From Candidatus Bathyarchaeia archaeon (GTDB lineage Archaea > Thermoproteota > Bathyarchaeia > Bathyarchaeales > Bathycorpusculaceae), in contig JBEKSS010000010.1 of the NCBI GenBank assembly GCA_049516875.1, forward strand, positions 54,371 through 118,370: a DNA stretch of 64,000 nucleotides, read 5' to 3'. How positions within the stretch are numbered: position 1 is the stretch's first letter; each line of letters begins with the position of its first letter. Below are positions 20,852 through 30,964 of the stretch, piece by piece. A program made the translations under genes and the position numbers. Below the pieces are notes generated by a model, which was not told where the DNA came from, did not search any database, and saw nothing but the letters and a program-made list of their open reading frames with translations.

Positions 20852-23653
20852 TTAGCTTGGCATGGGTTCTGTTTTTTTCTGTCCTTTTGGTTCCAGTTGC
20901 GTTTCTGTCTGGTTCTTAGCCTGTGTTTCCTCGATCATCTTCGGTTCTGTGCACTTTGCTTCTTCTTCTCTGATGTTCAGTGTTCCTTTCACGGTTCCGT
21001 CGTCCATATATTTGACGGTGAAACCCATTTTCTTCATGAGGCCGATTGCCCTGTAATTGTCGGCAAGCATTATGGCGTAGATTGTTTCGAGTTTCATGTC
21101 TGCGCAGATTTCCAGCACGTAATCTACCATTTTGGTGCCCAGTCCTAGGCCTTGCCATGGGTCGGCGACGATGAAGGCGATTTCACCTGTTTTTCCGTCG
21201 GGTTCTATGCTCACCCGCGATACGCCGAGGATTCTTTTGCGTCCTTCCTCAGTTAGTTCTGCGACTATGGCGATTTCTCGGTCGTAGTCTATGTTGCAGT
21301 AGCGAACTCTGGTTTCGTGCGGTGTGTCTTTGAGTATCTGGAAGAATCTGTAGCGTATTGACTCTTCTGAGAAGTTCTGGAACATTTCCAACCACAATGG
21401 CTCGTCTTCAGGCTTTATCGGTCTCAGTATGACTGTTCGGCCGTCTCGGAGTTTCCACATGGTTTCGTATTTTGTCGGATATGGTGATATGACAAGATGC
21501 TGGTGAAGTTCAAACTTGGTGAACACCTTTTTTGCGTCAATCACCATGCGTGCATCTAAGGCGAAGGCCTCTTTTTCATTTATGAAAAGTGGGTTGATGT
21601 CAACTTCTTTGAGCTGCGGAAAATCAACGAGCATTTGGCTGAAGCGAACCAGTATCTCTTCAAGGAGTTTGATGTTGGCTGGAGGCACGTTTCGGTAGCC
21701 TTTAAGAAGCTGATAAACCTTGGTTTCTTCCATCATTCTTCTGACGAGAGTTTGGTTTAACGGTGGAATTCCTATGGCGAAGTCTTTGAAAAGCTCTACT
21801 CCGACTCCTCCCATCCCAAACAGCATGACCGGACCGAAGAGTGAGTCAGCTTTGGCTCCGATGATTAGTTCGTAGCCCTGCCCCTTTATCATGGGCTGGA
21901 CAGTCACACCCAGAATCTCAGCGTCCGGGTTGTATTCCTTTGCTTTCTGCGTTATCCGGTTGAATGCCTCTCGAACCTCAGCTTCGTTTGCTATGTTCAA
22001 CATGATGCCACTTGCTTCGGTCTTGTGTGCTATTTGGGGAGACAAAATCTTCAGAACGACCGGATAACCCATCTGCGAAGCCAGCTGAACTGCTTCGTTT
22101 TCCGTTTGTGCAGCTTTCGTTTTTACAACGGGAAAGTTGTAGTATTCCAGGAATGTTTTGGCTTCAGCTTCGGTGAGTATTTCACGGTTTTCAGATGCGA
22201 CGCTTCTCATTATGGTTAGGAGTGGTCGTTTTGGCGGTACCACGTCTACCGGAAGTTCTTCCGGCGTTTCATAGAGCAGTTCGAGGTTGCGTTTGTACTG
22301 GTACATGTATTGATATGTCTTTATTGCCTGTTCAGGCGTTGAGTACGTTGGAATGTTGTTCTCGATGAATATCCGGTTAGCTTCTTCCACTGCTCCATAG
22401 CCCATGAACGAAGTCAGTATCGTCTTGTTGTGATAAGTTCGGCTTCTTATCAGTTCAGCGAGGCTCTTGGCAACTTCCACGGGTTCTGCTACAGCTTGGG
22501 GAGTGTATATTATTACTATGCCGTCGACGTTATCGTCGTTGAGGCAGGCTTCAACTACTACCCTGTACCTGTCGGCCTTGGCGTCCCCGAGGATGTCAAT
22601 AGGGTTTCCTCTGCTCCAGAAATGGGGCAGAATGCTGTTAAGCGTATCCATTGTTTTTTCACTGAGCTTTGCAAGCGTTCCTCCCTGTGCGATTAAGGCG
22701 TCGGTCGCCATGACTCCTGGGCCGCCAGCGTTGGTGATTATGGCAAGGTTGGGACCTCTTGGTATGGGCTGCATGCCCAGGACTGCCGCGCTGTTGAAAA
22801 GGTCGGCGATTTCTTCTACTCTAACCATGCCTGCTCTTTTGAATGCCTTGTCGTAAATCATGTCCTCGCCGGTGAGCGAGCCAGTGTGAGAGGCAGCGGC
22901 TTTTGCGCTTTCGCTGAATTTTCCAGCCTTTACGACGATTATCGGTTTTGTTCTTGCGAAGTGTCTTGCAGCGCTCATGAATTTTCTGGCGTCAGTTATT
23001 CCTTCAATATACATGAGTATGCTTTTTGTTTTCGGATCAGTGCCGAAGTAGTCGATGAGGTCGCCGAAGTCCACGTCGATCATTGAGCCTAGGGATACGA
23101 AGTTGCTGAACCCTATGTTTTCGTGCATTGCCCAGTCGAGGATTGCTGAGCCTAAAGCGCCACTTTGAGAAATGAATGCTATGTTGCCTGGCTTCGGCAT
23201 CTTGCTTATGAAAGTCGCGTTTAAGCGCATGATTGGGCGAATTACCCCCAGGCAGTTTGGTCCAACGATTCGCATGCTGTATTTCTTTTTGATTTCAGTT
23301 ATCTTTTCCTCTAGCGCTCTGCCTTCAGGCCCGATTTCTTTGAAGCCTGCGGAGATTATGATTATGCCGTTTATGCTGGCTTTTCCGCACTGTTCAAGCA
23401 CGTCGGGCACTGTTCTCGCGGGTGTGGCAATCACGGCAAGGTCTATGGGTTCGGGGATTTGTTCCACACTCTGATATGCCGTTAAGCCGAAGACCTCAGT
23501 CTTCTTGAGGTTGACCGGGAAAACATGGCCTGCGAAATCTGATTCTGTGAAATTCTTGATCAACGCGCAGCCGACTGAACCCTCTTCATCGCTTGCTCCT
23601 ATGACGGCGACGCTTTTCGGGTTGAAAATCTTGTCAAGATTCAAGGTAACCAA
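20852..23653 (-). CDS. NDP-forming acyl-CoA synthetase alpha/beta fused to GNAT (Pat/YfiQ architecture)
   Basis: GPNCLG, SQSGAL, ASHTGSL, NAGGPG, NPIDILGD, ATP-grasp region, C-terminal WQGLGLG GNAT motif. Confidence 0.92.
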   Translation of the reverse strand: MVTLNLDKIFNPKSVAVIGASDEEGSVGCALIKNFTESDFAGHVFPVNLKKTEVFGLTAYQSVEQIPEPIDLAVIATPARTVPDVLEQCGKASINGIIIISAGFKEIGPEGRALEEKITEIKKKYSMRIVGPNCLGVIRPIMRLNATFISKMPKPGNIAFISQSGALGSAILDWAMHENIGFSNFVSLGSMIDVDFGDLIDYFGTDPKTKSILMYIEGITDARKFMSAARHFARTKPIIVVKAGKFSESAKAAASHTGSLTGEDMIYDKAFKRAGMVRVEEIADLFNSAAVLGMQPIPRGPNLAIITNAGGPGVMATDALIAQGGTLAKLSEKTMDTLNSILPHFWSRGNPIDILGDAKADRYRVVVEACLNDDNVDGIVIIYTPQAVAEPVEVAKSLAELIRSRTYHNKTILTSFMGYGAVEEANRIFIENNIPTYSTPEQAIKTYQYMYQYKRNLELLYETPEELPVDVVPPKRPLLTIMRSVASENREILTEAEAKTFLEYYNFPVVKTKAAQTENEAVQLASQMGYPVVLKILSPQIAHKTEASGIMLNIANEAEVREAFNRITQKAKEYNPDAEILGVTVQPMIKGQGYELIIGAKADSLFGPVMLFGMGGVGVELFKDFAIGIPPLNQTLVRRMMEETKVYQLLKGYRNVPPANIKLLEEILVRFSQMLVDFPQLKEVDINPLFINEKEAFALDARMVIDAKKVFTKFELHQHLVISPYPTKYETMWKLRDGRTVILRPIKPEDEPLWLEMFQNFSEESIRYRFFQILKDTPHETRVRYCNIDYDREIAIVAELTEEGRKRILGVSRVSIEPDGKTGEIAFIVADPWQGLGLGTKMVDYVLEICADMKLETIYAIMLADNYRAIGLMKKMGFTVKYMDDGTVKGTLNIREEEAKCTEPKMIEETQAKNQTETQLEPKGQKKTEPMPS

Positions 23654-23847
23654 GACTGTAACCTTCCTAGTGTACGAGTTGAGTCAGGGGTGGAAAAATT
23701 AAAGCTTTATGTATTGATACTACGGTTTCTTCCGAGAAACGCGAAGGCCCAGAGCGGGTTGAAGGTTGAAAAAAGCATCATGACTGCAAAAGGTTAATCC
23801 TTTATGCTAAGAACGCCAATAGGCGCTAGTGAGGATCGCGGATAGGA

Positions 23848-24237
23848 ATGTTTGCCCATACGAGTATTAGGACGTCGAACATGGACAGGTCTATTGACTT
23901 CTACACAAGATTGATGGGTTTGAAGCTTCAGAGTCGACGTGAGATAAAGCAGAACAACGCTGAAATAGCGTTTCTGCAGGATCCTGAAGAAAAAGGTGCC
24001 AAACTTGAGCTGACCTACTACAGAAACCAGAAGAAGTTCATCCAGGCAGACTATGAAGAGCGATTGTTCGATCACCTCGCTTTTGAGATTAAAGACATGG
24101 ACAAAACCATCTCCAAGTTGCGAAGTGAGAAAATCACGGTTACCGATGAACCTTTCAGGCTGGGGCCTGCAGGTCCACTCATAGCGTTCATTGAAGACCC
24201 TGATGGAATTCTGATAGAACTGATCGAGAAAAAATAG
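23848..24237 (+). CDS. VOC/glyoxalase family protein
   Basis: HTSIR..SIDFY, LELT, HLAF, FIEDPDG..IELIE. Confidence 0.88.
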   Translation: MFAHTSIRTSNMDRSIDFYTRLMGLKLQSRREIKQNNAEIAFLQDPEEKGAKLELTYYRNQKKFIQADYEERLFDHLAFEIKDMDKTISKLRSEKITVTDEPFRLGPAGPLIAFIEDPDGILIELIEKK

Positions 24238-24368
24238 GCGCGATAGATCATTCCAATGGAAGTTCTAGAAGAATGTTATAGAAGCATCTTCTATGAGCCT
24301 GCCAGTTGAGGTTCTCCTACGCGCTGAAGAGGAAGGAACGGAGAAAGTCTTTCGTTGCCTCAAGTTGC

Positions 24369-25169
24369 TTAAATGTATTTCAGTATCATTTGAACGCCTA
24401 CGATGACTATGACTAGGCCGAAGATTCGACGAAGGTTCTTACCTGAAGTCTTCTTGGAAAGGTAGGCTCCAACCTGAGCGCCGAGGACGGTTCCTAACGC
24501 TAGCAGCAGTGCGTATTCGAAGTTTGTTTGTTTTGCGAAGTAGTGTTGTATTGCTTCGGAGGTTGAGGTAAAAGTCATTGTAAACATGGAAGTTGCAGTG
24601 GCAAAATGTATCGGCATGCCTACGACAAGAGTTAAAATTGGCACTATTAGCACGCCACCTCCAATTCCCAACAGCCCTGAAGCAATTCCGCCTAGAAAGC
24701 TCAAGATTGCGCAAAGTAGCATCTTCCGTAAGGAACTAAACGAGGCACTATCAGATTTTGTAGCGGGCTTGCCAGCTCCAGAGGTGGACGAATGTTTCAG
24801 TCTGATGGAGTTTGGGTCAATAGACATCGGCAGAGCAACAAAGATAATCACAAAGAATCCGAAGAAGGCGCCTAACAGTTTTGCAGAGATCACCGTGGTC
24901 AAGTATACTCCTAGGATCCCTCCTGGTGCTGTTGCTACGGCAAGCAGCGCGCCAGTTCTGTAAGATATTCGTCTTTGTTTTGAATAGTTTAAAGTGGAAG
25001 CTAAGGCTGTGAAGACTATTACCGTGAGACTAGTTCCTGCGGCATTTGCAGGTGAAAAGGCGTAGAATAGAGTTAGTAGAGGAACTATGAAAACGCCTCC
25101 TCCGATTCCGGTCAAGGCTGCGACTGTTCCTATCAAGAACCCCAGGAACGGCAGCAGTATTTCCCACAT
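24369..25169 (-). CDS. TauE/SafE family sulfite exporter
   Basis: Duplicated GIGGG motif, A.GTS / ATATS, about 8 hydrophobic helices. Confidence 0.88.
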   Translation of the reverse strand: MWEILLPFLGFLIGTVAALTGIGGGVFIVPLLTLFYAFSPANAAGTSLTVIVFTALASTLNYSKQRRISYRTGALLAVATAPGGILGVYLTTVISAKLLGAFFGFFVIIFVALPMSIDPNSIRLKHSSTSGAGKPATKSDSASFSSLRKMLLCAILSFLGGIASGLLGIGGGVLIVPILTLVVGMPIHFATATSMFTMTFTSTSEAIQHYFAKQTNFEYALLLALGTVLGAQVGAYLSKKTSGKNLRRIFGLVIVIVGVQMILKYI

Positions 25170-25455
25170 TCACGTCACGTCGATGTTTTACTGCTGAACG
25201 ATGATATTCCCTTTAGCATAGTGAACTGACTCTGCTATTAAACCTGTTAACCCGATTACCGATACTTGTGACCAAATGAAAAGAGCTGCGGGCGCAGGTT
25301 TTTCGGAAAAACAGCCTCCGAGATATTCGGTCTAATCAATTTGCATGTGCCGTACATGTATATCTACAATTCGAAAATGAAGAATGCTATGCGTTGTTAG
25401 CTCAGCTTTGCATACGGCAAAGTCAGTGAGGAAGCTTTGCAGCGAAAAGCGAAAG

Positions 25456-25830
25456 TTAAAGTCTCTGCAGACAAGTGCTTCTGGAGTTTGCTTTTTTCAG
25501 GCTCTCCAGGTATGCTTTTTCACCAGTTGCTTTCATGATTTGCTGTTGCCCGTTTACAAAGTTCATTGTGTGGTAGATCGATTCTTCTCCCGTTAACTGC
25601 TGGCCAAAATAACAACCTTTCTCGATGCCCTTCAAGCTTTTCAGATGATCCAGGGCATATGTGCAGTGTCCAACGATTTCGCATGAAGCGCATTTTCCCC
25701 AATCCTCTGGATAGAGGCAAGGACCGCACGTCAAATGACATGCTCTTTTTCCCGGAGTCAGATTTAGGTTAGTGTCTCCTTCACAACGGCAACACTTGCT
25801 TTCCCAAGACTCATTCTCGTTCATTACCAT
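25456..25830 (-). CDS. Cys-rich hypothetical protein
   Basis: CCRC, CHLTCGPC, CASC...C; RBS-like GGGG upstream; divergent from Lrp gene. Confidence 0.55.
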   Translation of the reverse strand: MVMNENESWESKCCRCEGDTNLNLTPGKRACHLTCGPCLYPEDWGKCASCEIVGHCTYALDHLKSLKGIEKGCYFGQQLTGEESIYHTMNFVNGQQQIMKATGEKAYLESLKKANSRSTCLQRL

Positions 25831-26001
25831 TCAGCCCCTTAAGAAGCTACACATATATTAGCGTCGAAATACTGTTATAAGCCTTTCTCTTCTCGATTAT
25901 AAGCCGTCATGGTCGTGTCGCTTATATTTCAGAAGCCACTCATATATACTACCCTGTACTCTATTATGACACTGTTGCCGCACCTGAAAGGGGAAAAGAC
26001 T

Positions 26002-26565
26002 TTGACAGGTAAGTTGGATGATATGGACAAGAAGATTATGTCTTTGCTATCTCAGGATCCAGATGTTTCTCAAGGTGAACTTGCGAAACAGTTGAAGATT
26101 TCACAACCGGCTGTGAGTGCCAGAATACGCAAGCTCGAGGAAAAAGGAGCGTTAGCTTACATGGTAGGCACTGACGTTAAGAAGGCTCAGCTCTTCCTCG
26201 CCAACCTTGACGTTGCAACAAATCACGTTGAACAATTTTTGAAGTCTCTTGATGGGTGTCCTTTATACCTTAACAGCTTTTTGACATCTGGAAAAAACAA
26301 CCTGACTGTGTTGCTGGTAGGCGAAAACATCAGATCCATAATGTCCTGTGTAGATTCACACTTGAGGCAGAATCCTCTAGTAAAGGACACGGAACTCGAC
26401 TTGATAATAACGCCTGTTCGGCCTTTCATAATACCGATAAGATCCAGTGTGGAAAAGAAGAAGACAACGCCCTGTAACGCAGATTGTGGCAGTTGCACGT
26501 TGTACGCAAGTGATAGATGTCTAGGCTGTCCTGCCACCGTTTATTATAAGGGAGAATTGCTTTAA
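26002..26565 (+). CDS. Lrp/AsnC family regulator with Cys-rich C-terminal tail
   Basis: LDDMDKKI..ELAKQLKISQPAVSARIRKLEEKG HTH; tail CNADCGSC..RCLGCP; start TTG 26002 (track 25909). Confidence 0.85.
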   Translation: MTGKLDDMDKKIMSLLSQDPDVSQGELAKQLKISQPAVSARIRKLEEKGALAYMVGTDVKKAQLFLANLDVATNHVEQFLKSLDGCPLYLNSFLTSGKNNLTVLLVGENIRSIMSCVDSHLRQNPLVKDTELDLIITPVRPFIIPIRSSVEKKKTTPCNADCGSCTLYASDRCLGCPATVYYKGELL

Positions 26566-26689
26566 GATGCGTTGAAGAAGAGAAGTCCATTCCAGAATTT
26601 GATTGAAGCTGGATGAGTCTAACGTGTAGGAACTAGACGTTCGAAAAGCTGATTAACCAGAAATCTAGAGTATAGAAGGGGTTTAAGAT

Positions 26690-26926
26690 TTGACAGTTGC
26701 ATACGTGTTGGCAAAAGTCGAAGCAGGACTAGATCAGGAAGTCCTCATGGAAGTCAAGAAAATAGCCGGAGTCAAGCAAGCGACTCCAACTTACGGTGTG
26801 TATGACTTGCATGTTGAAGTTTCGTTTGACAAGATGGAAGATCTTGACAAGTTCATTTTTGAGGGCATCCGAAGGATCCGCGGGATAAAGGAAACTGCAA
26901 CATTGATAGCTTTCAAAGGGATATAG
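26690..26926 (+). CDS. Stand-alone Lrp/AsnC ligand-binding (RAM) domain
   Basis: AYVL..G..YGVYDL..IRRIRGIKETATLI. Confidence 0.85.
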   Translation: MTVAYVLAKVEAGLDQEVLMEVKKIAGVKQATPTYGVYDLHVEVSFDKMEDLDKFIFEGIRRIRGIKETATLIAFKGI

Positions 26927-27241
26927 ATGCCTAGGATGGGTTGCAGAGAAGTCCATTTTATCAAGGCAACGCAGCCGAGCCAAGTTGATTTCTTGATTGA
27001 CAAGGTCAAGGAAGCTGTGGAAGGAATGAAGCTTCCTCCAGAGTATGATGTGAGGATCTACAAGAATGTTTACACGTGCTGCGGAGTTGGAGGACTGGGC
27101 TTAATCATCGAAGTGGTTGGGCCTGAAGAAGAGAAGATAAAGGAGATTGACTTGAGAGCCGTTTCAAAGGTGCTGGAGTTCTGTGAGAAAGAAGGTTTGG
27201 ACGTAGGGCATCACACTCTGGAAAAACACGAATCCATCTAG
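26927..27241 (+). CDS. Hypothetical protein with YTCCG motif
   Basis: ATG directly after previous TAG; globular alpha/beta composition. Confidence 0.7.
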   Translation: MPRMGCREVHFIKATQPSQVDFLIDKVKEAVEGMKLPPEYDVRIYKNVYTCCGVGGLGLIIEVVGPEEEKIKEIDLRAVSKVLEFCEKEGLDVGHHTLEKHESI

Positions 27242-27365
27242 ACATGCAGTTGATCATTTATAGCATCTCTTGCATAGAGAACGAGTGCCGTTTTTGCTTG
27301 GGGTAAAATCAGCGCAACACGCGCACTGTTGAAAAGGGAAATATTCGTGGACATAAGAGCGTGCC

Positions 27366-27599
27366 CTATAGCTCGCGTTCAATCATTGTCGCTGTTGTCC
27401 TAACATTTCCAAGTTTTCTAATATGGGACACAATCTGGTTAAGCTCATCAATCGTGTTCGCGGTCACCTTTGCTATTATGTCGTAATCCCCAAGAACATA
27501 GAAGGCTTCGTCAAAGCCTTGAACCTTCTTTAGAGCTTTTAAGACGCCAGTTTCACAACCCAGATTCACGTTCATCATGATAAACGCCTTGAACTTCAC
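27366..27599 (-). CDS. Stand-alone Lrp/AsnC ligand-binding (RAM) domain
   Basis: AFIMMN..VLGDYDIIAKV..IRKLGNVRTTATMI; GGAGG RBS. Confidence 0.85.
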   Translation of the reverse strand: MKFKAFIMMNVNLGCETGVLKALKKVQGFDEAFYVLGDYDIIAKVTANTIDELNQIVSHIRKLGNVRTTATMIEREL

Positions 27600-27788
27600 T
27601 TGAATCCTCCACCATTATGCCTGCGTCTGCGTACAGATATTTAGAGCTTTTGTCTTTCCCAATTTAATGCTTGCTACTCTCGGGCGCGCGACACTGCAAA
27701 AGACTGCGGGATAGAACCGTTCAGGACGCCATACGGGGCACCGCAAGTTTCTGGAGCTTGGCTGTGCGCACAATGTAGCGCACTGGTT

Positions 27789-27860
27789 TTTCATGTTCCT
27801 TTCTGTGCAATAATTCCTTGGCTGGGTCTCCTAACATGCGTCATTCTGATGCTCTCTTGA
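27789..27860 (+). pseudogene. Possible C-terminal remnant of an APC amino-acid permease
   Basis: FHVPFCAIIPWLGLLTCVILMLS* resembles the F.VP..P.LG..C terminal motif of APC permeases; no upstream body. Confidence 0.3.
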
Positions 27861-27992
27861 AGACTTGAGAATCTTGGATCGCCGCGCGTGCCTTTGACGA
27901 AATCTCTCTATGATGCCCGCGCGCATGACGACTAGCGCGCTTCGTTGCGTTAATATAGCTTATGAGAAAGACATTGAGTGTAAATCTCGGCG

Positions 27993-28826
27993 ATGGTTGA
28001 TCTCATGGAGAAACTGCACGGGGAAAATCGAATTGAAGAATTCAGGAAAATTGCAGAGTTGCTCAAATCAAAGATTGCCTCGTATGAAGGTGTTTCTGGC
28101 ATTGTTTGTGCTGGCGGTTTGATTAGACGTTTTGCTGACAAGTATTCTGATGTGGACATTATTGTCTTGTTAGGCGAGAAGGACAAGGACTTGAGGAAGA
28201 AGGTTCGAAAGATTGGGAAGGAAGAACAGAGACGCTCGGGCGTTGACGTGGATTTGGAAGTTCACTTTCTTGAAGACTTCAGGACCCGGAAATGGGATGA
28301 GATGGCTAGGTGGGATTTTTCGCATTCGGAGATAGTCTTTGATCTTGAAGGAAAGGTGCGGAAGCTGTTCAAGAAGAAGTTGAGAGTTTCCAAGAGTTTT
28401 TGGCTGAAGCGGATTGTCATTTATGGAGAATACCTTAAGTGGTATTGTTTCCCGCCTCAGGATAATGTGGGAACTATCGTTGATGCATGGGTCGATAGAG
28501 GTGACTTGATCTCTGCCCATTACTGTCTGGACTATGCTTTGGGCCTCCTGATCAGGATAATATTCGCCTTGAACAGGGAGTTTCTGCCTCCTCCCAAATG
28601 GGAATTCTTCTACTCTTGCAATTTAAAGTGGCTGCCCTCGAATTACAAGAAACGTATCAGCGAAGCCTTGACCGTTAAGAACCTGTCAAAGAGCGACTTG
28701 GACCGAAGGCTAAGGGCAACTGGAGAACTTTGGCGTGAAGTTCTGCCCAAGATAAGAGAAGAAACAGGTTTGACCCCAGAATTGATGTCAAAACAGTATG
28801 CCAGACACGTGCTTAGGCAATCCTGA
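27993..28826 (+). CDS. Pol-beta-type nucleotidyltransferase with helical C-terminal domain
   Basis: GGLIRRFADKYSDVD motif; FALNREFLPPPKW (DUF4037-like). Confidence 0.8.
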   Translation: MVDLMEKLHGENRIEEFRKIAELLKSKIASYEGVSGIVCAGGLIRRFADKYSDVDIIVLLGEKDKDLRKKVRKIGKEEQRRSGVDVDLEVHFLEDFRTRKWDEMARWDFSHSEIVFDLEGKVRKLFKKKLRVSKSFWLKRIVIYGEYLKWYCFPPQDNVGTIVDAWVDRGDLISAHYCLDYALGLLIRIIFALNREFLPPPKWEFFYSCNLKWLPSNYKKRISEALTVKNLSKSDLDRRLRATGELWREVLPKIREETGLTPELMSKQYARHVLRQS

Positions 28827-28918
28827 TGTCTTGCGAGCGCTGAGAAGATATGTTTACATACTTCCCTCAACAAACAAGAGCATGAATCGAGAGTCAAGAC
28901 AGTGAAGGAGGTTGAAAT

Positions 28919-29098
28919 TTGGCGAAAGATCCGATTTGTGGAATGGAAGTGAATGAGAAGACGGCGAAACACAAGACGGAGTACAAGGGCAAAATCTACT
29001 ACTTCTGCACGCAGATGTGCAAGACAACGTTTGACAAGAGCCCTGCCGAGTACGCCAGTGGCCAAACGCAGCCTTCAGGTCACATGGGGCATTCCTAG
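28919..29098 (+). CDS. YHS-domain metal-binding microprotein (59 aa, below ORF-track cut-off)
   Basis: Hand translation: MAKDPICGMEVNEKTAKHKTEYKGKIYYFCTQMCKTTFDKSPAEY...HMGHS*; GGAGG RBS. Confidence 0.9.
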   Translation: MAKDPICGMEVNEKTAKHKTEYKGKIYYFCTQMCKTTFDKSPAEYASGQTQPSGHMGHS

Positions 29099-29231
29099 AT
29101 TGAAGAGACCCATGCCTTCAGAGCTAGGATGTTTCAACTGTGTTTCCTTTTTTTCAAGTTGATGTTTCAATGTTTTATATCGGCTTGCGCTTTTGAGAAT
29201 TGTTAGACCAGACGCTATTAAGGTGGGAGAC

Positions 29232-30017
29232 GTGAAAATAGGGGCAGGGTATCCGACCGTTGAGCATGAACGAGCTTCAAAGGCCATTGTGAACTTTTTC
29301 TCCAAGGCTCCAGATGTCGAAGCTGTGATACTCACTGGTTCTTGTGCACGTGGGAAAGCCACAAAAGACAGTTGTTTGGACATAATGGTCCTCTTGCCTC
29401 CGAAAGCGTCAATGAGCAAAAGGTCCAAGTTGGAACGTGGGTGGAGCGACTTCTATGAAAATAGTGCTGTTTTTGACAAATTGCGAAGAGTCGGCAGGTA
29501 CTCGCATGTGGATTTGGATTTTGTTGACGGCTGTCTTGTGCCCAAGACGCGCGGCTGGACCTCTGGACCGGATGAGTTTGAGCTGGAAATAGGCAACTTA
29601 CTGGTGTACAGCGTACCACTCTGGGAGCGCGGTGACTGCTTTAGGCGTCTTAAGACCAAGTGGCTACCCTATTATGACGAGAAACTTCGACAAGAAAGAT
29701 TAGCAACTGTACGTCAGTTCTGCCTCAATAACCTTGATCATGTTCCTCTGTATGTGGACAGAGGTCTATATTTTCAAGCCTTCGACCGCTTGTACAATGC
29801 ATTTCAAGAATTCCTTCAGGCTCTATTCATCGCGCGCCGAACCTACCCCATTGCATATGACAAGTGGATCAGAGAACAGATTGAAGAGATACTCGGCATG
29901 CCAGAGCTCTACAGGCAATTGCCCAAACTTTTCGAAATCAAACACTTTGAAAGTCAAGAGATTGCGCTAAAGGCAAGAGAACTAAACCGCCTCTTCGAAA
30001 AGTGTGTCCAAGAATAG
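29232..30017 (+). CDS. Pol-beta-type nucleotidyltransferase with helical C-terminal domain
   Basis: TGSCARGKATKDSCLD; LQALFIARRTYPIAYDKW; GTG start after GGTGGGAG. Confidence 0.8.
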   Translation: MKIGAGYPTVEHERASKAIVNFFSKAPDVEAVILTGSCARGKATKDSCLDIMVLLPPKASMSKRSKLERGWSDFYENSAVFDKLRRVGRYSHVDLDFVDGCLVPKTRGWTSGPDEFELEIGNLLVYSVPLWERGDCFRRLKTKWLPYYDEKLRQERLATVRQFCLNNLDHVPLYVDRGLYFQAFDRLYNAFQEFLQALFIARRTYPIAYDKWIREQIEEILGMPELYRQLPKLFEIKHFESQEIALKARELNRLFEKCVQE

Positions 30018-30137
30018 CATGGACTGACTCCTCTCCGGCGATATCTCCCGTATTCCCGTTTGACATAGATAGCGCCAAGAAGAGACGGGTCAAACCATCT
30101 TAAAAAGAGTGATGGAGAATTGTTCTATGGTGAAAAA

Positions 30138-30290
30138 ATGAGTGACGCTCGACCGGTAAGATGCCAAAAATGCGGAAAACCTTTGGGCTATGTGACTGTG
30201 TTAGCAAAAGGTCTAACATCGTTTCAGCAACCTATTCAAAACGTCAAAATAGTTGCTATCTGTATGGAATGTTTCCAAAAGAAAAAGTAG
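30138..30290 (+). CDS. 50-aa zinc-ribbon microprotein (CxxC...CxxC)
   Basis: Hand translation: MSDARPVRCQKCGKPLGYVTVLAKGLTSFQQPIQNVKIVAICMECFQKKK*; GGTGA RBS. Confidence 0.75.
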   Translation: MSDARPVRCQKCGKPLGYVTVLAKGLTSFQQPIQNVKIVAICMECFQKKK

Positions 30291-30369
30291 GCAACGGGTC
30301 AGAGTGCCTTAAAAAGAGTATTAGAAGTGTCTTCCAGTTGAGTTAGAGGTTTTAGTGTCAGTTTTCGTG

Positions 30370-30897
30370 CTAAGCAGTTTTTGTCAGTATCTTTGGTTCT
30401 TTCCATTCTTCTCTGAGAATACTGTACATATGAGCAATCGTCCATTTTCCCCTTATGAACGAGTATTTTCTCAAAGTTCCCTCTCTCAGGAAACCAACTT
30501 TCTCCACAACCTTCTGGGATGACTTGTTCTCAATGTTTATTATTGCTTGGATGCGAACTATGTCTTTAGACAGAAACAGAAAATCTACAAGGATTTGTGC
30601 CGCCTCAGTGCAGTATCCTTTTCTTCTCTCGCTTGGAATCAAGAAAGTGCCCAAAGTTGGCACCCTATCAATAAGGAAATGAGAAATGAGTCCAATCTTG
30701 CTTCCATCCTTCTTTTCGATAACAAAAGTCTGCTGTTCTGGATGGGCTTCGCCGTAACGTTTCTCCAACTCTGACCTTGAAATTTGCGTAAATCCTTCAT
30801 GTTCACCCAAAACATCTGGAGTATTCAGCCATTCCACAACCAGCGGCAAGTCCTCTTTCTCATCAGCCCTCAAATTCACATTTTTACCTTCAAGCAA
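30370..30897 (-). CDS. RimJ/RimL-type GNAT acetyltransferase
   Basis: LEGKNVNLR, RRKGYCTEA, N.SSQKVVEKVGF.REG.LR, YSILREEW; start TTG 30897. Confidence 0.88.
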   Translation of the reverse strand: MLEGKNVNLRADEKEDLPLVVEWLNTPDVLGEHEGFTQISRSELEKRYGEAHPEQQTFVIEKKDGSKIGLISHFLIDRVPTLGTFLIPSERRKGYCTEAAQILVDFLFLSKDIVRIQAIINIENKSSQKVVEKVGFLREGTLRKYSFIRGKWTIAHMYSILREEWKEPKILTKTA

Positions 30898-30964
30898 ATA
30901 CCTGCACCAGTCCAAAATGATTGAGTTGGTTCGGCTACAACTTTTCCGCAAAATCGAAACTGGC

